From the IMG/VR virus record IMGVR_UViG_3300010413_002638, positions 32,001 to 96,000 of that record: DNA of 64,000 nucleotides; one strand, given 5' to 3'. The DNA comes from a virus. How positions within the stretch are numbered: the first letter of the stretch is position 1; the number at the start of each line of letters is the position of its first letter. A program made the position numbers and the translations under genes. The notes beneath the pieces are model-generated. The model had not been told where the DNA came from and did no database searches. It was given only the letters and a program-made list of their open reading frames with translations. Below, one piece after another: positions 9,204 through 19,074 of the stretch.

Positions 9204-10391
9204 CTAGTCATCGTCATCTTCCAGTTGGTTCAACAATGCATCAATTTCAGACGATCCAACGTCATCATCATCGTCAGCATCGTCAGCATCGTCATCGTCA
9301 GCATCATCACTGTCAGACTCGTCATCTTCTGGACTATCGAAGTCTTCATCATCAGTCACTGGCTTCTGATCTGGAAGATCATCGTCGTCATCGACGATAG
9401 CATCGTCGTCATCGTCAACGACTTCATCGTCTTTAGGCTTATCCTTCTTGGGCTTATCCTTCTTAGCCTTGTCCTTGGCCTTCTCTTCCTTATCCTTCTT
9501 GACCTTATCCTTGGCTTTATCCTTGGATTTACCCTTGTCCTTTTTGGCTTCCTTTTCGTCGTCATCGCCTACGGTTTCATCGTCATCGAATCCACCGTCG
9601 TCATCGTCGTCATCGTCTCCGTCACTCATGATCCGGAAGGCCCGCTGAATCTTCTCTTCAGTAGGAACTTCGATCTTATCCCACAAATTGTGGCGAAGCG
9701 TCAGCAACTTGGCGATATTCTTCTCGTTCGGTTCACCCTTCTTGCCGATCATCGGAATCGGGATACCATCCGTGGTAATGAACTTGCTGGTCTTGTAGCT
9801 ATTATTCTTTCCTTGCTTCAAGGATTCCAGCTGGAACAAAAAGGCAGCATTTTCGTCGAAGAAGACACCGTGAGCCTGTGGCTCGTCCTCGTCGCCCTTG
9901 TCGTCCCGCAGCAACGCAGCTGTCCAGATATCGAAACAGGTCTTCGGGGCATTGTAGAACTTCACCCGCCCGCGAAGATCTTCCGGGTTGCCTTCCCACT
10001 TGGTAAAGTAAACGTTCACCATATAGTAAGTGGTTGGCATCCATTGCTTCACGATAGCCCGACGTGTTTCCTCGTCGGTCTCATCTTTAAGCAAATCGAA
10101 TCCTTCCGTACAGATGGGGCAATCACTGTTGTCCCACACCCGTGGACAGGGCGTCGGCTTGTTGTGAATCCAATGGTCGGCGTGTGCAATAAAGAATTGA
10201 TCCATTGTATTTTCAACGGTACCACTCTTCAGCACATCGCCTTTCATTAACGGCGGGAGGACAAAGAACCGATATTTGAGCGGTTCTGTGGCCGATTTGG
10301 CGTTGTCCGGACGAAACTGGTCGGGATCGTTGAATTTCCCGCCCATCGACTGCTTCAATCTCTTTCTGATGGCTTCAACATCGTATGGCAT
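9204..10391 (-). CDS. single-stranded DNA-binding protein, T4 gp32-like, with a long acidic/KD tail
   Basis: RFFVLPP, HW...CPR...CPIC, YYMVNVY, SYKTSKF, acidic tail ending IDALLNQL; neighbours a UvsY-like gene; AGGAG RBS. Confidence 0.8.
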   Translation of the reverse strand: MPYDVEAIRKRLKQSMGGKFNDPDQFRPDNAKSATEPLKYRFFVLPPLMKGDVLKSGTVENTMDQFFIAHADHWIHNKPTPCPRVWDNSDCPICTEGFDLLKDETDEETRRAIVKQWMPTTYYMVNVYFTKWEGNPEDLRGRVKFYNAPKTCFDIWTAALLRDDKGDEDEPQAHGVFFDENAAFLFQLESLKQGKNNSYKTSKFITTDGIPIPMIGKKGEPNEKNIAKLLTLRHNLWDKIEVPTEEKIQRAFRIMSDGDDDDDDDGGFDDDETVGDDDEKEAKKDKGKSKDKAKDKVKKDKEEKAKDKAKKDKPKKDKPKDDEVVDDDDDAIVDDDDDLPDQKPVTDDEDFDSPEDDESDSDDADDDDADDADDDDDVGSSEIDALLNQLEDDDD

Positions 10392-10420
10392 ACTTTCAAC
10401 TCCTGAAACAAAATCAACAA

Positions 10421-10951
10421 TCAACTCTTATCCTGCTCTTGCCGCTTGAAACCAGCCAAAGAGCGAGATAACTCAGCTTTCATCTTAAGCGCCTCCAGCA
10501 TGTGGAAGAGCTTACCAGCTTTCATCTGAAATTCTTGCAGCTTTCTGTCAGCTTTCACCAGTGCTTCATCAGCTTCAATCAAATGTTTTACTTGTTCAGC
10601 GGTAAATCTCACCTTGTTATCGCGGGCTGATTCTTGAACAGCCCTGATAGCTTCTGCTCTACGTACCTTCACAGCACGCTCAGCGACAGCTACCATATTT
10701 CGGCACTCCGAGTAAGCAGCGGACCAAAAAGCGTATTGCGACGGCAAGTCCTGGATTTGTTCCTCTAGCAGGTCATAATCCAAGTCCAAATCCGGCAAAA
10801 TATCGACCTCGATAGTGCGATTCTTCTTCGTTTCCGGGTTGACCGCGTTCAGTTTCACCTTGAAGCGGAACAACGTCGATTCCACTAGCTCCTTAGGGAT
10901 ATTGTCGGATATCCACTTTGGAAGAACAGTATTGTCAGGAATCTTCGTCAT
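10421..10951 (-). CDS. UvsY-like recombination mediator (helical)
   Basis: LEEQIQDLPSQYAFW...IEADE coiled pattern; adjacent to SSB. Confidence 0.6.
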   Translation of the reverse strand: MTKIPDNTVLPKWISDNIPKELVESTLFRFKVKLNAVNPETKKNRTIEVDILPDLDLDYDLLEEQIQDLPSQYAFWSAAYSECRNMVAVAERAVKVRRAEAIRAVQESARDNKVRFTAEQVKHLIEADEALVKADRKLQEFQMKAGKLFHMLEALKMKAELSRSLAGFKRQEQDKS

Positions 10952-11216
10952 GCGGCTTCCACTTGTCTATCTGAAACCCTTGGTTCTCGTCTAATACACG
11001 TTCATTTCGTGGCTGTTGCATGGCATTATCAGGCGGCTGCAACGCTTGCCATGCGGACCTACTAAACGTAGTCTCCGACTGTTGTTGAACCCTAGCTATC
11101 TTAGCCTCAACTTGCACTTTTTGGGCATGTTTGAATTGAGATTCCTTGGCACGCCGCTCTTTCTTACGAGCGCGTTTACGACGCCTCTCAATTTTTTTCG
11201 GTGAATTTTTCGACAT
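10935..11216 (-). CDS. basic hypothetical protein
   Basis: Operon continuity. Confidence 0.55.
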   Translation of the reverse strand: MSKNSPKKIERRRKRARKKERRAKESQFKHAQKVQVEAKIARVQQQSETTFSRSAWQALQPPDNAMQQPRNERVLDENQGFQIDKWKPHDEDS

Positions 11217-11217
11217 A

Positions 11218-12411
11218 CTATCTATATATACGATACAATTTCCACTTCTTCCACTTCTTACCGATGCTTACCTTCACCGGGAAAGTCGGATTATCATCCA
11301 ATATTCCCTCAAATGGACGCAACATAATATTGGCAACTTGTTCGATAACCCAATTCATATGTTTCGTATTGGGAGCACAAGAAACAACCAAAGAGTCGTG
11401 AATTTCTGCGACTATTCGCGGACCAAGTTTCTCCCAAATCCGTCTAATTACTAGTTGCATAGCATGGGCAACCGAGCCCTGCATGGCACCGTTCAAGGCA
11501 GCAAGCTCGTTCTTAGCCTGACTACTTCGGAATTTTCTACCCAAAATAGTTTCCACATAGCCGTCATCTGCCTTCAGGGCACGCTTGCAATTACGTATCC
11601 ATTGTCCTAGTCTCGGATAGATCGTAGCCAATGGTATACTGCCAAAGTCCATCGAGTTAATAGATTTCAACAAAAATCTTTTGCTTTCCTCACGGGTCAT
11701 TTCACCCACAGCATCGGCATTAATCACATTCATCATATAGGTATATGGATCAGAATCAACGAATGATCTCGTGAGATCTTCATCATTCGACAGCAAAGAT
11801 GCAACTCTAATATCGGCACATATCCAATCAAAATGCAATAAATAATAATTATCGTGACAATTAGTAGGCCATATCATCACCTCATCAGCCAGCCCCTGAA
11901 TATTGAAGCCGGTGGTTTTGCTACGACCCGAGAAAGTACGTTGCGAATAAATAGGATTTACCGGCATATAATTATACATAAGGCCGGTTCGTTCCAAATC
12001 TTCATAGACAATAGCGGCGTTTGCCAAAACTTTCTGATATTGACGCGGAGTTTGCTTGGCCATCTTGTCTAAAATCTTGGCCAATATAGCAGAATCTTTT
12101 TCTAAGTCAACGGTCGGTTCTATAATAGGGAAGTGCAGATCGTAGACATTGTACGGCTTCACATCTAGCGGAATATCGAATGCTTTGACGCTCGTTTTGA
12201 AGTCAGAAGTGACAACCGAAATGCCGCGATTACTAGCAGCTATGATCGTCTTACGAACATCACTAATAGATTGAAAAACATCAGCTAATAATCGGCCAGC
12301 ACCAGGCCGATAGTGCTCACGTATGATAGTCTCGTTGCCGATTTTTATACCGGTACAGCGGGGCTTGCCGGTGTGCTTATCATAGAGAGTGTAAACATAG
12401 ATAGCTCGCAT
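11218..12411 (-). CDS. minimal divergent family A DNA polymerase
   Basis: TFSGR, motif A FDWICADIR, motif B REESK, GYVETILGRK, NGAMQGSVAH, motif C EIHDSL. Confidence 0.8.
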   Translation of the reverse strand: MRAIYVYTLYDKHTGKPRCTGIKIGNETIIREHYRPGAGRLLADVFQSISDVRKTIIAASNRGISVVTSDFKTSVKAFDIPLDVKPYNVYDLHFPIIEPTVDLEKDSAILAKILDKMAKQTPRQYQKVLANAAIVYEDLERTGLMYNYMPVNPIYSQRTFSGRSKTTGFNIQGLADEVMIWPTNCHDNYYLLHFDWICADIRVASLLSNDEDLTRSFVDSDPYTYMMNVINADAVGEMTREESKRFLLKSINSMDFGSIPLATIYPRLGQWIRNCKRALKADDGYVETILGRKFRSSQAKNELAALNGAMQGSVAHAMQLVIRRIWEKLGPRIVAEIHDSLVVSCAPNTKHMNWVIEQVANIMLRPFEGILDDNPTFPVKVSIGKKWKKWKLYRIYR

Positions 12412-12463
12412 ACGTCATGCCTCGACTGACCAAATACAAACAGGCATGACAGCGGCAAAAATC

Positions 12464-12919
12464 TCATTCTTTGGTCGGCTTGGTGGCCTTCTCGACAGCC
12501 TTTTCCATCGACTTGTCGTTCTGCACAAAATGTGTTGGCTTCGACGACCCACCATGCGTACCAGCTCTCTGCAATTTTTGCTTCATGTCGTCCACTTCAC
12601 CAGGTACTCGATATTGAGCGTATGGATCGTTATTGGTGAGTGTATGCAAATGCATATCGCGACGAGCACCATCCTTATCTAGCCAGCCATAACCGCGAAT
12701 ATAGCTGCGAACTTCTGTGCCATAAACGCTAATCTCGCAATTGGTGCCACCGCAGCGAGGACACTTTTTGGCTTCCGCCAATTCTTCCTCGGTGGGCTCC
12801 ATAGCGTGAGACGTTTCGAAGAGAACGTGCTCCTCGAACTCTTCTTGCGTTATTTGTTCGCCAAATTTCTTGGCCGCTTTTTCTTCGCAATCCTTGCAGA
12901 GATAATTATACCTCGGCAT
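12464..12919 (-). CDS. FmdB-family zinc-ribbon protein
   Basis: MPRYNYLCKDC...FE...CPRCG...GYGW. Confidence 0.75.
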   Translation of the reverse strand: MPRYNYLCKDCEEKAAKKFGEQITQEEFEEHVLFETSHAMEPTEEELAEAKKCPRCGGTNCEISVYGTEVRSYIRGYGWLDKDGARRDMHLHTLTNNDPYAQYRVPGEVDDMKQKLQRAGTHGGSSKPTHFVQNDKSMEKAVEKATKPTKE

Positions 12920-13343
12920 ATAGTTCCCACTCGACTTTACTTGGCAGTTTACAGATAATGTTCCGTTCGGACACAATAACTACCTTGTTCCCAGCATATG
13001 GTGGCGCATCGGGTTCCATGGCCATCACCACGTTCTTCTCCCCGAAAACCACCATATCGCCAATCTCCACGCACGGCTTTAGGCGACCACCTGCACCATC
13101 CGCGACACCAGGGCCAACACCGACCACCACGCCCTCATTCCGGTACTTGGCCGCATCCGGCATGGCAATACTACTCTCATTTTTGGCCTGCAAAATGGCG
13201 ACGAAATCATTCAGGCATTGTACTTCACGAATCTGCAGCGGCCCGACCGCTGTATCTGTGTCTTCCAAGAGGACGGAAGGAGCCCGCATTTCGGCAGGTT
13301 GGCTTTCTTCTTTGGACAATTTTTCGCTCTTCGGGATAGCCAT
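12906..13343 (-). CDS. groES: co-chaperonin GroES (Cpn10)
   Basis: CLNDFVAI, IAMPDAAK, EGVVVGVGPG, VEIGDMVVF, IVSERNII. Confidence 0.85.
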   Translation of the reverse strand: MAIPKSEKLSKEESQPAEMRAPSVLLEDTDTAVGPLQIREVQCLNDFVAILQAKNESSIAMPDAAKYRNEGVVVGVGPGVADGAGGRLKPCVEIGDMVVFGEKNVVMAMEPDAPPYAGNKVVIVSERNIICKLPSKVEWELYAEV

Positions 13344-13394
13344 AGTAATTCCCTATTATTAGGTGATTGGGGCAAACACGTATGATTATGTACG

Positions 13395-13604
13395 TCAGAT
13401 CTTGCAAGTAGCCAGCATATCGTCTAATGTGGCAGCTGGCTCTTTCAGAAAGACCACTTTCGTCTTGCGTTTGGGGATAGTTGGAGTGTTGGGGACTTGT
13501 ACTTTCATTGCCGAGCCGTCGGGTTGCACCGCAAATCCAGTCCGCCGCATTGTCTCAGCAATAGTATCAGCCACATCGACTTCAATGACAACGCGAAGTT
13601 TCAT
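13395..13604 (-). CDS. hypothetical protein
   Basis: ATGA overlap with the helicase gene, GGAGG RBS. Confidence 0.6.
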   Translation of the reverse strand: MKLRVVIEVDVADTIAETMRRTGFAVQPDGSAMKVQVPNTPTIPKRKTKVVFLKEPAATLDDMLATCKI

Positions 13605-14938
13605 ATGTCCTCCCGCACCACCATGGTATTGTAATTTATGACACAGTCGATCCGCTCAGCACGCGGACCGTTCCTGTTTTTGGCTATGTACATCGTAATG
13701 CGAGGAGGTTCCGCACGACGTTGGGTTCTGTTCTGATTAAGACTAACCACATAATCCAAAGCAAACTGCTTCCCAAAGCTCTCCGCCGCCTTGTTGAGGT
13801 CGGCCACTTCTTCGCCGGAAGCCCCACTCCTATTCGTCTGCGTAGCCGTGAAAACAAGAACATTTTCATTTTTTGCTAAACCACGCAGCTCGTTAGCAAC
13901 ATGTTTTTGGCGCGTGTAATCGTCCTTGTTATAGCCCTGGTTTCGACTAACCATCAAATCCATGTAATCAAGAATGACAACATCTGGACGAAAAGATTTG
14001 GTCCTTCGCAAGTTGTCTAACAAAGCATACACATGAGCGACACTACACTCATCAGGAGCCCATTCGAAAATAGCAAACCGCTTGTTGTAAGTCTGCTTCA
14101 TCTTACTAACAATGCGGCGGATAAAATCCTGATGCTCCATAATGGCATTTATGGGTGTATCCGTAGCCGCTCCCAAGCACCGCATAGCAGTCTTCAGCGT
14201 ATCCAACTCAAAAGTGATTAACAACACATTTTGGCCGGGAGTACCATCTGGTCCGATACCAGTCAAAGAAGAGATTGCATTGTTGCACAACAGGATCGAC
14301 TTGCCAACATTAGTCCCCGCCAACCAACATACCACCTCCTTAGGCGATGGGCCACCATTGTTCAACATGCGGTCTAATCGCGGGAAACCGGTAGTGCGAT
14401 GCTCAATTACGTCCGGTTCAAACAAAGCCTCAAAATTCTCAAAGAACCAGAAGCCCTGCTGGCCAACATCAGCGATACGATTGGCCTGTTTGATGATTTC
14501 TTCGAGTTGATCATAGTCGCCACGTGCGTAAGCTTCTTGGGCTTCATCGCTGTAAAGTAATCCATAGGCTCTATCGCGTGCCCACCGCAATAATGTATCC
14601 TTGATAAGCGGTACGTCGCGTGGGTCGGAATTGCGATCGACTACAGTTATGACGTTTTCATAAGGATCGTCCTCGGTAAAAGATCGCAATAATCGATCGC
14701 GGAGCATAGGCCGCGTCGGAACGACGCCGTATTTCTCATAAGAGTTGAGAATCTCCGCCATTACCCATTGGCATTCCATTCTCGCAAACATGGATGGCTG
14801 CAAGAATCTGCCAACACTAGTGAAGAATTCTGGATGATCGAAAGCTAGAGAAACAATCGATTCTTCTTCGTAAGGGGCGAATGGTTGGTTAGACTCAACA
14901 TCCGTCTCAGAGAGCCTGCTAAGCGTATCTGTTATCAT
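13601..14938 (-). CDS. replicative DNA helicase (DnaB / T4 gp41 family)
   Basis: TTGFPRLD, Walker A AGTNVGKS, ITFEL, ILDYMD, ELRGLA, TATQTNR, AKNRNG. Confidence 0.93.
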   Translation of the reverse strand: MITDTLSRLSETDVESNQPFAPYEEESIVSLAFDHPEFFTSVGRFLQPSMFARMECQWVMAEILNSYEKYGVVPTRPMLRDRLLRSFTEDDPYENVITVVDRNSDPRDVPLIKDTLLRWARDRAYGLLYSDEAQEAYARGDYDQLEEIIKQANRIADVGQQGFWFFENFEALFEPDVIEHRTTGFPRLDRMLNNGGPSPKEVVCWLAGTNVGKSILLCNNAISSLTGIGPDGTPGQNVLLITFELDTLKTAMRCLGAATDTPINAIMEHQDFIRRIVSKMKQTYNKRFAIFEWAPDECSVAHVYALLDNLRRTKSFRPDVVILDYMDLMVSRNQGYNKDDYTRQKHVANELRGLAKNENVLVFTATQTNRSGASGEEVADLNKAAESFGKQFALDYVVSLNQNRTQRRAEPPRITMYIAKNRNGPRAERIDCVINYNTMVVREDI

Positions 14939-15276
14939 TATTCAGTAGTATCCGGGCACAGACCCGTTCGTTGTAGTTGTATTCTTTCCAGTGCACGTTG
15001 GGCATTTGCTTCCGCTAGAGCCAAAGCATCACAATGTGTGATAAGCTCGCTTTCGGTGTAATACAGCGTCTTAGCATGTACGGCAGTAATCCGATCTCCG
15101 TAATAAGCCACCGCTGTTGGTTGAGCGCGACCGGCCCTGACGGTGTACAGCCATTGTCCCTGGCTCGAGCCCCACATCGCACCGCTTATAATGACCGCCT
15201 CTAGATGCCCAATGGCGGCTGATTCGCGCAAATAAACGGGATCGCCAATATCGTATTTAGGGGCATCCATTATCAT
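14938..15276 (-). CDS. hypothetical protein
   Basis: Overlap-coupled between recA and the helicase gene. Confidence 0.6.
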   Translation of the reverse strand: MIMDAPKYDIGDPVYLRESAAIGHLEAVIISGAMWGSSQGQWLYTVRAGRAQPTAVAYYGDRITAVHAKTLYYTESELITHCDALALAEANAQRALERIQLQRTGLCPDTTE

Positions 15277-16391
15277 TCCTCTTCCAACTCATCCAATATA
15301 TCGTCAACACTACGAGAGGCGTCCCCTTCGTCATCCTTCTGACAATGGAACACCATACTGTAGGTTTGTTGTTCGATTTGCTTATATAGTTCTTCATTCT
15401 CCCTCAGAGCAGCGGAAGCGTTGGCTTCGCCATTCCCTAACACCTTACCGTCAAACCGATAGAAGCTTCCCTTCTTTTTTACTATATTGAGTTCCTCCGC
15501 TACGCTCAGTAGAGAAGCTACTTCGTCGATGCCAAAGACAGGCATAGCTGGTTTGCCAAAACAGATATTATAGGTCCCGGTGGCGAAAGGGGCAGCAGCT
15601 TTGTTTTTAACCATCTTGATGCGAGTGGTAATCCCCACTGGCTCATCGCTGCTTTTGATAATGGATGCTCGCGAGACTTCGGCCCGCACGGTAGCATAAT
15701 ATTTGAGGGCTCGCCCGCCAGGCGTGGTTTCTGGATTACCGAAAACCACGCCCACTTTCTCGCGGATCTGGTTGATGAAAATGACGGTGGCCCGAGCATT
15801 AGAAGCCACACCCTTCAACTTCCGCAGGCCCTGACTCATCATGCGAGCCTGGGCTCCGATGTGGGAATCACCTATCTCACCCTCTAGTTCTGCCCTCGGC
15901 ACCAGAGCGGCTACCGAGTCTACCACTACCAGATCTATCCCGCCAGATTTGAGTAAGTCCTCAACGATATTTAATGCTTCTTCACCACAATCTGGTTGGG
16001 AAATGAAGAGCTTCTCCATATCCACGCCGTTTTTACTCGCCCATTCTGGATCAAGGGCGTGTTCAGCGTCGATGAAGGCGGCTGTGCCATGTCTGTCTTT
16101 TTTCTTGAAGAAATGCCGTTGGCAGGCAGCGATAAATCGCAGAGTGGTAGTCGTCTTACCGGAGCTTTCGGTACCATATAATTCCATTATTCGTCCCAGC
16201 GGTACTCCGCCGCAACCAAAAGCCTTATCGATAGTGATTATACCAGTCGGAAACGAGTCAATGTCTACGATAGCATGGCGGCCTCTGATGATGGACCCGG
16301 CACCGTAGCGTTTATTCAGATATTCCATTAGTTTCTCGGGATCGTTCGTTGGCACCTCTTTGTCTGTCTTTTTGTCCGTTTTCTTTGCCAC
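15273..16391 (-). CDS. recA: recombinase RecA
   Basis: GTESSGKTT, FIDAEHALDP, SQPDCGEEAL, VDSVAALVP, FINQIR, TPGGRALK; GTG start after GGAGGT. Confidence 0.97.
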   Translation of the reverse strand: MAKKTDKKTDKEVPTNDPEKLMEYLNKRYGAGSIIRGRHAIVDIDSFPTGIITIDKAFGCGGVPLGRIMELYGTESSGKTTTTLRFIAACQRHFFKKKDRHGTAAFIDAEHALDPEWASKNGVDMEKLFISQPDCGEEALNIVEDLLKSGGIDLVVVDSVAALVPRAELEGEIGDSHIGAQARMMSQGLRKLKGVASNARATVIFINQIREKVGVVFGNPETTPGGRALKYYATVRAEVSRASIIKSSDEPVGITTRIKMVKNKAAAPFATGTYNICFGKPAMPVFGIDEVASLLSVAEELNIVKKKGSFYRFDGKVLGNGEANASAALRENEELYKQIEQQTYSMVFHCQKDDEGDASRSVDDILDELEEE

Positions 16392-16641
16392 GCGATAACC
16401 TCCCAAGTCTACTCGTCAGGCGTGATATATCATAACCAGCTATTTTTAACACGTCTGAGACTGGCACTTTGATAACAACATTACTGCGCACCAACAACAG
16501 GTCTTCCTTGACTATCGCTGCCACCGACCAAAAGCCTTTCGGATCTATTTCCGCACCAGGTGGAGCTGATAAATAATCTATATTTTTGGTAGATAATAAT
16601 CGAACCTGGTCGAACCTGGATATCTTGATTTGGTCGTCCAT
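16312..16641 (-). CDS. hypothetical protein
   Basis: First gene of the minus-strand replication run. Confidence 0.55.
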   Translation of the reverse strand: MDDQIKISRFDQVRLLSTKNIDYLSAPPGAEIDPKGFWSVAAIVKEDLLLVRSNVVIKVPVSDVLKIAGYDISRLTSRLGRLSRGKENGQKDRQRGANERSRETNGISE

Positions 16642-16680
16642 TTCGCTCAAAATTAAATTTAGAATAATTGGAGGAATACC

Positions 16681-17247
16681 ATGACGCTCAATAAAAAAGA
16701 AAAATTGCTCTTGGAAGCTGTACAGAGTATGTTACAGCAAGATGCAATGCTTGGGCTCTCTATTCACAAAACGGAAGAGCCCCAATCTTCGACCGAGCGT
16801 GGCTACGAATATCTACATAACCAGATAGATGAAATGTTTGCGCTGAAAGCAGCCGAGCTGATACACGCCGACGGCGTATGCCAGGCATTTCACAAAGTCC
16901 ACAGCTACAAGTATCTGGACGATCCCTCATTCAAGACCGCCATGGAAAAAGAAATGGTGGCCCAAGGGATTCCAGCAGAAGAGCGGAACAAAGCCGCTGA
17001 ATGGATTCCGCAAATAATCCAAGAACTCAGGGAAGAACAATCTGAATGGGCCGAGAAAGACCACGGCTTCCATCCAGATATGAAAGAAATTAAAGAAATG
17101 AGCCAGCCCGACCAGCCGCTGGACTTCGCTGTCGAAGACGTCGAAGGCTGGCCCACCACCGCTAACGTCGAATGGGACAAAGGCAACGCCAGCCCCAGCC
17201 GCACCCCAGACGAAGCACAAAATACCAAAAATCGCCAAACAAAATGA
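16681..17247 (+). CDS. hypothetical protein
   Basis: GGAGG RBS; biased codon usage. Confidence 0.75.
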   Translation: MTLNKKEKLLLEAVQSMLQQDAMLGLSIHKTEEPQSSTERGYEYLHNQIDEMFALKAAELIHADGVCQAFHKVHSYKYLDDPSFKTAMEKEMVAQGIPAEERNKAAEWIPQIIQELREEQSEWAEKDHGFHPDMKEIKEMSQPDQPLDFAVEDVEGWPTTANVEWDKGNASPSRTPDEAQNTKNRQTK

Positions 17248-17522
17248 GCGCCTATTGCGTCATAAGTGAATTCTTCCGCCAACTAAAAGAAATGGAAGAA
17301 CTTCTTCCGCAAGTTCAAGACATTGAACTCCGCGAGAAACTGGCCGCCATCCACGCTCATATGCACAAAGTAGTCCGTATTGGCGAAAGAGCAGCAATGG
17401 ATCTGGAACGAGGAGTCAAGCACGACTGCATGGTCATCCCCAGACCAGTGTTGGAGCGTCAAAACGACCTGTACAAACTCGATTACGACGTTGAAACCTA
17501 TGAAGCTCAGCCAGATCAATGA
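17244..17522 (+). CDS. hypothetical protein
   Basis: ATGA overlap with the previous gene. Confidence 0.6.
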   Translation: MSAYCVISEFFRQLKEMEELLPQVQDIELREKLAAIHAHMHKVVRIGERAAMDLERGVKHDCMVIPRPVLERQNDLYKLDYDVETYEAQPDQ

Positions 17523-17742
17523 AAATCTGATGATGCAACAGCTTCGCGGTGCTCTCTCCGCCAACGGACCATACTTCATGCGGCCCAACGTCCAACTAAG
17601 CAACAGCTATTCAGCTAATAGCGGATTCGATGCCGGTGCAAGAAATTCCGGCCTAACTATGCTACCCACCGGTATCCCCAGCAAACCCAGACATAGACAA
17701 TATCTGGGCCTCGAGCGGCGACCCGGCACCCTCCGGTTATGA
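17500..17742 (+). CDS. small protein starting MKLSQINE
   Basis: ATG 17500; stop overlaps the next ATG. Confidence 0.6.
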   Translation: MKLSQINENLMMQQLRGALSANGPYFMRPNVQLSNSYSANSGFDAGARNSGLTMLPTGIPSKPRHRQYLGLERRPGTLRL

Positions 17743-18278
17743 TGGAACACTTCTATCAGCTACCCCATATGGGTGAAGACTATTTCACCTACCCACACCT
17801 CTATCGCGACATGGTTCAAGAGTTCGGTGACGGCAGCCATTTCGTAGAACTTGGCGGCTTCAAGGGCAAATCGACAGCCTATATGGCCGTCGAAATAATC
17901 AACTCTGGCAAGCGCATTCGCTTCGATTGCATAGACTTATTCATCGATTGTCCGCAAGGTAGCGGTGAATTCATCAAATCCTGTTTTTTGAATAATATCC
18001 AACCAGTAAAACACGTAGTCAATTTGTTTATCGGAGATTCAGCGGGAGCTGCTCGCTGTTACGTAGACGAATCGATCCATTTCATTTTTCTAGATGCCGA
18101 CCACACCTACGAAGGCGTCGGCAGAGATATAACGTGCTGGCTACCAAAAATCGCTGTCGGTGGGATCTTAGCTGGCCACGATTATGAATGGACAGGTGTT
18201 AGACAAGCAGTGTCAGAATTGCTACCACAAGCAACAAACTACAAACGAGACCCACACTGTTGGTTCGTCAGGAAGTAG
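17739..18278 (+). CDS. class I SAM-dependent methyltransferase (Methyltransf_24-like)
   Basis: VELGGFKGKST, FIFLDADHTYE, GGILAGHDY. Confidence 0.88.
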   Translation: MMEHFYQLPHMGEDYFTYPHLYRDMVQEFGDGSHFVELGGFKGKSTAYMAVEIINSGKRIRFDCIDLFIDCPQGSGEFIKSCFLNNIQPVKHVVNLFIGDSAGAARCYVDESIHFIFLDADHTYEGVGRDITCWLPKIAVGGILAGHDYEWTGVRQAVSELLPQATNYKRDPHCWFVRK

Positions 18279-19047
18279 AAATAATACCACTGCCACCACA
18301 CTTTGGACACACTTGTGTGTTTCGGCCCATTCTCACATCACCATCACCATGGCAGATCGGGCAAGTGGCAGTAGTATTGGCATAACCAGACCTAGCGAAA
18401 TCCGGCGTCTGGTCGTGCATGGAATCAGCCGCCATCTTTTTGAACCGCTGTTGTAGCTTTCTGTCGTCTTCCGTCTTTTGGATACTGATTCTGGTCGTAC
18501 CTGTGCCATCTACCCGTTGTTGCGGTACAGCAAGCGGCTGACCTTCCCGGCCTTCTACAACAGCCATCTTCACTTTTCCCTTAAGAGCATCGGCAGGGAG
18601 TTCACCTTTCACGCTGGTCGTGTCATGGCTAGCATATGATTGTACGTTCCCGAGTGTAGTATTCCCTCCGACACTAGACATTGGTCGTGATCGATCAACT
18701 ACGTCTGTGGATACCCAATCGCCGTCTTCTTCCTGTGCCACCGGCTGCGGTTGGGGCTTCGGTTGGGGCTCCGGCGTTGATGCTTCTTGTACCGGTTCGG
18801 GAGTTTGCTTTTCCGCGATTGCTATCCCACCAGACTCTGAGATATTCAAGCCCAGTGCTTTGGCTTGTTCGATAACTTCCTGGATTTTCTTTTGCTTATC
18901 CAAGAACGCGGCTTTGGCACTCTTGATACTGGCTTCTTCCGCATGTTCATCGCAAATATCGACTGTATGCTTAAGTCCATCATCAAGCGTAATGGTCAGC
19001 TGCGTATTTAAATTCTTGGAAGTACCGCAGTAGATACATTGCGACAT
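18268..19047 (-). CDS. protein with an N-terminal Zn finger and C-terminal DnaJ-type CxxCxGxG repeats
   Basis: CIYC...CDEH; CPICHGDG...CPKCGGSG. Confidence 0.7.
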   Translation of the reverse strand: MSQCIYCGTSKNLNTQLTITLDDGLKHTVDICDEHAEEASIKSAKAAFLDKQKKIQEVIEQAKALGLNISESGGIAIAEKQTPEPVQEASTPEPQPKPQPQPVAQEEDGDWVSTDVVDRSRPMSSVGGNTTLGNVQSYASHDTTSVKGELPADALKGKVKMAVVEGREGQPLAVPQQRVDGTGTTRISIQKTEDDRKLQQRFKKMAADSMHDQTPDFARSGYANTTATCPICHGDGDVRMGRNTQVCPKCGGSGIISTS

Positions 19048-19074
19048 TTTCAATATTCTCCGAAGGACAAGCTA

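Noticed and set aside
9255-9620. Tandem TCATCG/TCGTCA repeats as an array
   Set aside because: Explained by poly-Asp and Lys-Asp coding; no repeat-spacer structure.
9225-10250. 341-aa + strand ORF
   Set aside because: Antisense shadow of the low-complexity SSB gene; the I/V-rich translation mirrors Asp codons.
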